NCBI GenBank assembly: GCA_039931435.1
Contig: JBDTRY010000001.1
Location: forward strand, 11,084-75,083
DNA: 64,000 bases
Source: Acidobacteriota bacterium
Lineage (GTDB): Bacteria > Acidobacteriota > Thermoanaerobaculia > Gp7-AA8
Reading direction: 5' to 3'
The translations under genes were made by a program, and so were the position numbers. The notes beneath the pieces are model-generated. The model was not told the origin of the DNA. It saw nothing but the letters and a program-made list of their open reading frames with translations, and searched no databases. This document shows positions 59,264-64,000 of this stretch, one piece after another. Numbering within the stretch: the first letter of the stretch is position 1; each line of letters opens with the position of its first letter.

Positions 59264-60123
59264 CAGCGAACTCCGCTCGCGGGACCGAGGGTGATAACCG
59301 ACGTGCGGTCGAAGATCCGATCGTGGACCACGTCGCCGCGACGGCCCAGTGGCATGAGCGCCTTACCGTTCAGTTCCAGCGTCAGGCCTCCGGCGTTTCC
59401 TATCGTTGCAAATTTGAACTCGTTCTGCGCCTGAAAGGACTTTTCGTCGCCCGCGGAAACTTCCCCGGTAAGCACGGCTCGCCCGTCAGCCTGCAGGTCC
59501 ACCCAGGTGTTCTCCGTGGCACGGATGGTCAGAGAAATCGGCGCTGTGCTGGAAGGCCTCGTGGACGGCGAGACAAACGGCGATGCTGCAGGAGTGGCGC
59601 TGGTAGCGGTATCGGCGCCGGAGGCCGTGAGCGGCGCCGCCGACACTTCGGCGACCGGTGGCTTCGGAACAAAATTCGTTTTAGGGCGGTACATGGAATA
59701 CCAGATCGCCGCCGCTGCCAGAGCGAGGATGATGAACGCCACAATGATGATGATTGCGTTCCGCCGCACCCGTTCGCGGCTCTCTCTCAATTTCTGCAGA
59801 GCGGCGCTGTCGTTGGAGATGAGAGGCGTCGGCATCTCATTGATTCCCTTGCGCGCCGAGCGCTCGAAGAAGACGTACCGATCGACCATCTCCTCCGGAT
59901 TGAGACCGAGATAGCGAGCATAGGCCCGCACGAATCCCCGGGTGAATGCGGGCGCCGGCAGAGCGCTGAATTCATTGCGCTCGAGCGCTTCCAGAAAGCC
60001 CTTCCGGATTTTGGTGGCCTCCGCGATTTCCTCGACGGAAATCCCTCGGATCTCACGCTCTTTCCGAAGTTCTTCTCCGAAAGAATTCGTAGCCTGCCTC
60101 TGGGGCTCTTCAGGTTCAGCCAT
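59263..60123 (-). CDS. rodZ: RodZ-like cytoskeleton protein (N-terminal XRE-type HTH, transmembrane segment, C-terminal DUF4115-like domain).
   Basis: GEELRKEREIRGISVEEIAEATKIRKGFLEALE (RodZ HTH). Hydrophobic IIIIVAFIILALAAAAIW. Ser/Pro-rich linker and C-terminal beta-rich domain. Confidence 0.7.
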   Translation of the reverse strand: MAEPEEPQRQATNSFGEELRKEREIRGISVEEIAEATKIRKGFLEALERNEFSALPAPAFTRGFVRAYARYLGLNPEEMVDRYVFFERSARKGINEMPTPLISNDSAALQKLRESRERVRRNAIIIIVAFIILALAAAAIWYSMYRPKTNFVPKPPVAEVSAAPLTASGADTATSATPAASPFVSPSTRPSSTAPISLTIRATENTWVDLQADGRAVLTGEVSAGDEKSFQAQNEFKFATIGNAGGLTLELNGKALMPLGRRGDVVHDRIFDRTSVITLGPASGVR

Positions 60124-60208
60124 CTCTCAAGTTTCTCATTCTACGCCGATTGAGTACGAGTGCAGGAATGGGCAGCATCCGCAGGTGCCTGCCGGCAGGA
60201 ACAATCCG

Positions 60209-60967
60209 CTAGGATTCCTCCACGAGACTCTCGATGCATCGCCGCACGTACACCGACGTACGAGGATCAAGCAGAATGTTGTGGAGATCGCGGCGCGAAA
60301 GATGACGAAGCTGCGCTGCCGCAACCGCGTGTGGAGAACGCGGGTGTACTGCCAATGCGCGCCTGATCGAATGCCGTCGTGACCACTTCCCGTCACCGGC
60401 AACTGCGGTCAACTTCTCGGGGGTAGAGTTTTCACCATCGATGAACCAGAGAAGTTCCTCTTCGGGAAGCCGTGGGTTCGCCAATATGGCCTGAAAGACC
60501 CGGGGGTGTGGATCGAGCAGAAACGTGCGGATCAAGGCGCGGCTGCAGATTTTCGCCGAGGCGATCCGCTCACCAGGAGTACGTGAGGAGATCTCCCCAA
60601 CGAGCCTGGCCTCGACGGCGCGGCGCACGGCGGGATGAACGCGGACATCGGTGGCCAACCGGACGAGATCCGACCAATAGAGATAGTGCACAAACTTCAT
60701 GGCCTGCGGCTGGGGCGTGGCGCGGTGGCGAACGAGCGTGAGACGCACTTCGTAATGCGCGGTGAGCCTGCCGTTCTGTGCGATGAGCTGGCAGACACTG
60801 GCCGGGCAGCTCCCGTTTGCCAGAGCAGCCATGGCCTGATCCTCGTTCATCGATCCATGCCATTTCTCGACGAAGGCCACGAGCTCGCTATGGCTCATGT
60901 CACGAATCGTGCGAGGGCTCGTTTCTGAATCGGATGGCATTGCACCTCGCTCGAGGACGACCGCCAT
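60209..60967 (-). CDS. Hypothetical protein (252 aa).
   Basis: ORF in track; no family recognised. Confidence 0.4.
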   Translation of the reverse strand: MAVVLERGAMPSDSETSPRTIRDMSHSELVAFVEKWHGSMNEDQAMAALANGSCPASVCQLIAQNGRLTAHYEVRLTLVRHRATPQPQAMKFVHYLYWSDLVRLATDVRVHPAVRRAVEARLVGEISSRTPGERIASAKICSRALIRTFLLDPHPRVFQAILANPRLPEEELLWFIDGENSTPEKLTAVAGDGKWSRRHSIRRALAVHPRSPHAVAAAQLRHLSRRDLHNILLDPRTSVYVRRCIESLVEES

Positions 60968-61161
60968 TCCGGGAACTGCCGGTACATTGGAATTGTCCCT
61001 CGAGGGTGAGCGGCCCTTTGAGAATAGCGTATTCTTGCGAACGTATGGAATCGATCGGCAGACCAGGGCGTGCAGCCGGTATCGCCCTCGAAGTTTCTGT
61101 TCGTGTCAGATTCCTCCGCCGCCGAAGTCCACGCCGCCTGGTGAAGCCCGATCGCTGAACA

Positions 61162-62529
61162 ATGCCCCGACGAAGATCAGGTACAGAGAAGGTTCGCCCG
61201 GACCCGGGCCCGGAAACTCATGAACGATGGCTCTGGCGTGTCGTGGCCCTGCTCGTGCTGGCCATTCCTCTGATGTTTTCACCGAGTGGAAAAGATCTGT
61301 TCAACCTGCCCAAGGACATACTCTTTCGGGCAGGAATGATCGCCATCGCCGCCATTCTCGTCATGGCCTGGCCGTCAAGCGCGAGCCTATTCTCGCGGCG
61401 CGACTGGCGTAAGCCCTCAGTGGCAATCGCCCTCGGTGCCCTCGCCTGGACTGCAGTGGCCGCTGTGTTCTCGAGCGATCGAGGCATCAGCGCCGTTTCG
61501 CTGGCCACCACTGCAGCCCTGACTCTGTTTTATCTGCTCACGCTCCGTCTTGCAGTGAGGCAGGAACTGCAGGCCATATGGCTTCTTCTCGTTCCGGCGA
61601 TTCTGAACGCACTCATGGTCATGATGCAGGAGTCGGGACTGCAGCCGCTGAACGTAGAAAGACTCAGCTACGATCCTCATCTTTCCACGACGGGATTTCT
61701 GGGAAATCCGAATGTAGCCGGAGCATTTCTGACGGGCCCGGCTCTTGCCGCCGTCGCCCTCGCTGTGGCCACGCGCGGCCGGCGTCGTTACGTGGCGCTG
61801 GCAACGGCTGCGGTTCTCCTGGTGGGAATCCTTGCCAGCCGCACGCTCACCTCTCTTCTTGCCTACGGCACTGGCATGGCAGCCATGGTTGCCGTTTCAT
61901 CGTGGCGAATGGCTCTCAAACTGGCCGCCCCGGCGCTCATCGCCGCAGTCATCTTCATCAATCTTTACGCGCCACTTCGTTACCGTGTGCGCAGTCTCAT
62001 CCACAGCGCCCGGACCGGCGAATACAACCTGCTCCTCACGAACCGTCTCACGCCATTCCTCGCTGCCGGAACGATGGCAGCGGACCATCCTCTGCTGGGG
62101 ATCGGTCCCGGTACATTCGGCCACCATTACTTTGACTACAAAATCCTGGCGGAGGCCCGTCATCCGGGGCTTGTCACCGACATCCAACGTTCGAGCTGGT
62201 CGTTCAGTTTCAGCGAGGTCCACAACGATCATCTGGAAGTGCTCGCTGAGACCGGCCTCCCGGGATACCTGCTCTTTCTCGGCGCCCTTTTCATTCTGGC
62301 AGCCGGCTCCCTTCCAGAACTGGATCAGAGACTGCGTGTACTCACCGGAGCCGATCCGCCGGTCCCGTCCGGAGATTCGCGGCGTCTGCACTTTGCAAGA
62401 ATTCTGGCGCTGCCGCTGGTGGCGTCATTTTTCGTGCTGGCACTTGCACAATTTCCGCTGCAGTTGATCAGCACGGCTACCGCTTATCTTTTTCTCGCCG
62501 CCCTCTGCCGCTCCTGGTGCGGATGGTGA
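61162..62529 (+). CDS. O-antigen ligase/polymerase family (Wzy_C/WaaL-like) polytopic membrane protein.
   Basis: Multiple transmembrane segments and the ...SEVHNDHLEVLAETGLPGYLLFLGALFIL motif characteristic of the O-antigen ligase family. Confidence 0.7.
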   Translation: MPRRRSGTEKVRPDPGPETHERWLWRVVALLVLAIPLMFSPSGKDLFNLPKDILFRAGMIAIAAILVMAWPSSASLFSRRDWRKPSVAIALGALAWTAVAAVFSSDRGISAVSLATTAALTLFYLLTLRLAVRQELQAIWLLLVPAILNALMVMMQESGLQPLNVERLSYDPHLSTTGFLGNPNVAGAFLTGPALAAVALAVATRGRRRYVALATAAVLLVGILASRTLTSLLAYGTGMAAMVAVSSWRMALKLAAPALIAAVIFINLYAPLRYRVRSLIHSARTGEYNLLLTNRLTPFLAAGTMAADHPLLGIGPGTFGHHYFDYKILAEARHPGLVTDIQRSSWSFSFSEVHNDHLEVLAETGLPGYLLFLGALFILAAGSLPELDQRLRVLTGADPPVPSGDSRRLHFARILALPLVASFFVLALAQFPLQLISTATAYLFLAALCRSWCGW

Positions 62530-63044
62530 AAGCAGCTCGCGTCGTTGCCTCGGCCGCGGTCATCGTCTATTCAGCCTGGCTTGGCTATCGGCTGTGCGTC
62601 GTCCCCTACCGATGCAACCTTGAGGAGAAGCGGATCGAGGGCCTGACCGTCGAGTCCATGCAATCGAGCGGGGCCTCCTCCGTCGTTCGAGCGCGACAGA
62701 ACCTCGAGGAGCTGGACTCCCGGACCTCGTGTGCCGATCAGAACATCTTCATGATCCGCGCGGCAAACCTCAGGACACTGGGGCGAATCGACGAATCGAT
62801 CGTCATGTACAAATCCGCGTTGGCTGAGGAGAAGCGACCCGAAGTCTACTTTCAGCTTGGTATGGCCGAGTTTGCGGCCGGGCAGAGAAACGCCGCGGTC
62901 GACAGCTTCGTCCAGACTCTGCTTTTCCAGCCATCGCTGGAGATGGAGGTTCCTGCTGAACTTCGCAGTGAGGTGCGAGGGAAGGTCGAAAGCGAAAGGG
63001 CCCTGCGCGCTGCATCATCTCCGAAAATGCGAACGGACATCTAG
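62517..63044 (+). CDS. Hypothetical membrane-anchored protein with TPR-like repeats (175 aa).
   Basis: ORF in track; N-terminal hydrophobic segment. Overlaps the preceding gene by 13 bp. Confidence 0.4.
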   Translation: MRMVKAARVVASAAVIVYSAWLGYRLCVVPYRCNLEEKRIEGLTVESMQSSGASSVVRARQNLEELDSRTSCADQNIFMIRAANLRTLGRIDESIVMYKSALAEEKRPEVYFQLGMAEFAAGQRNAAVDSFVQTLLFQPSLEMEVPAELRSEVRGKVESERALRAASSPKMRTDI

Positions 63045-64000
63045 TCTCCGTAGCACATCGGCAATTCTTTCCGAGGCTTTGCCGTCGCCGTAGGGATTGT
63101 GGGCCTGGCTCATGGCCAGGTAGTGCCCGTCCTCATTCAGCAGGCGCCCCGCCTCCTCGACGATTGTCTCGACGTCTGTTCCCACCAGCCGCACGGTGCC
63201 CGCTGTCACTGCCTCGGGACGCTCGGTGGTCTGGCGCATCACCAGGACCGGTTTTCCCAGACTCGGCGCCTCCTCCTGAATGCCACCGGAATCAGTGAGG
63301 ATGAATGCGCAACGGCGCATGAGGCTGACGATGGGCAGGTAATCCACCGGCTCGATCAGGTGAATACGCCCGCCCCTCCGAGCAGAGCCGCTGCCCAGGA
63401 TCCGGCGCACAGGCTCCTGGACGTTGGGGTTGAGATGGACGGGATAAACGATCTCCACGTCCTCGTTCTCACGGGCAATCCGATCCAGCGCCGCGCAGAT
63501 TGATTCGAAACCTTCGCCGAAGTTCTCCCGCCGGTGGCCCGTGACCAGAATGAGGCGACGGGCGGGGTCCAGCCACTGGAACTGCTTCGCCAGCTCCTCC
63601 TGCACTTCCGGATGTTCATCGATGTAGATGACGGTCTGCAGGAGGGCATCGATGACCGTGTTCCCGGTGACATGAATACGTTCCGGGACGATGCCTTCGC
63701 GCAGAAGATTCTCTCGCGAGAGTTCGGTCGGGGCAAAATGGAGGTCCGCCACCTGTGTCGTCAGCACGCGGTTCACCTCTTCCGGCCAGGGGGCGAAGCG
63801 ATTGCCCGTACGCAGACCCGCTTCGATATGTCCGAGCGGAATCCTGGCGTAGAACGACGCCAGTGCGGCGGCGAGGGTTGTGGTCGTGTCCCCCTGCACG
63901 AGGACGAGGTCAGGTTTTTCGTCGGACAGAGTGGCACTGACACCAGCGAGAGCCGCGGAGGCGATCTCGCTGAGACCCTGGTTCCGAGTCATGATCTTAA
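63015..64000 (-). CDS. wecB: UDP-N-acetylglucosamine 2-epimerase (non-hydrolysing), 5' end beyond the window.
   Basis: ...[37 protein letters not shown]...[20 protein letters not shown]... The first visible residues correspond to about residue 60 of WecB, so the true start lies past 64000. Confidence 0.85.
   Translation of the reverse strand, partial: KIMTRNQGLSEIASAALAGVSATLSDEKPDLVLVQGDTTTTLAAALASFYARIPLGHIEAGLRTGNRFAPWPEEVNRVLTTQVADLHFAPTELSRENLLREGIVPERIHVTGNTVIDALLQTVIYIDEHPEVQEELAKQFQWLDPARRLILVTGHRRENFGEGFESICAALDRIARENEDVEIVYPVHLNPNVQEPVRRILGSGSARRGGRIHLIEPVDYLPIVSLMRRCAFILTDSGGIQEEAPSLGKPVLVMRQTTERPEAVTAGTVRLVGTDVETIVEEAGRLLNEDGHYLAMSQAHNPYGDGKASERIADVLRRLDVRSHFRR

Overview
This is a high-GC (roughly 60-65% by eye) bacterial chromosomal segment, with nearly all genes on the minus strand. 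All calls below come from reading the sequence and the ORF track and from remembered family motifs. No database search was run.

Positions 1-27 kb are dominated by two tandem giant secreted repeat proteins. Gene B (10299 to before 1) is at least 3,433 codons and is cut by the window edge. Gene A (about 26668..10469) is about 5,400 codons. Both begin with signal peptides and are built from Ig-like/CarboxypepD_reg-like repeats plus reiterated LVIVD-type beta-propeller-like modules. A 287-aa secreted protein gene and a cluster of palindromic REP/MITE-like repeats sit just upstream of A. Gene B contains an 18-unit heptanucleotide (YGAGAGG) tandem repeat inside its coding frame.

A short possibly acquired stretch (28.1-30.2 kb) follows. 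It carries three small related secreted-protein ORFs, one apparently frameshifted at an A-run, and a hicB-hicA toxin-antitoxin pair.

The rest is mostly housekeeping or signalling genes, in this order.
- A winged-helix+FHA regulator with a perfect 17-bp palindrome upstream.
- parC, preceded by a 3x ~117-bp tandem repeat.
- Two paralogous small lipoproteins.
- A TPR-containing Ser/Thr kinase.
- A saccharopine-dehydrogenase-family gene.
- A DinB-family gene.
- An ArnT/GT39-like membrane glycosyltransferase.
- A Che-like cluster with no receptor: cheY, cheB, cheR, a HEAT-repeat protein, a cheW-like gene, an ExeA-like AAA ATPase, cheA, cheY and a DUF4388 protein. The AAA gene lies in the same frame as cheA, separated by a single TGA.
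- nusB-ribH, a LysM amidase, gatA and gatC.
- A SelW/Rdx-like selenoprotein gene hidden from the ORF track by an in-frame UGA (motif CxxU), translationally coupled to a PP2C phosphatase gene.
- A J-domain/TPR protein, rodZ, an O-antigen-ligase-like gene and a partial wecB.

The most interesting items are the hidden selenoprotein, the tandem giant adhesin-like genes with a frame-sensitive heptanucleotide repeat, and the non-canonical Che-like module with the cheA/AAA same-frame junction. The repeat families at 26.7 kb and 33.4-33.7 kb also stand out.
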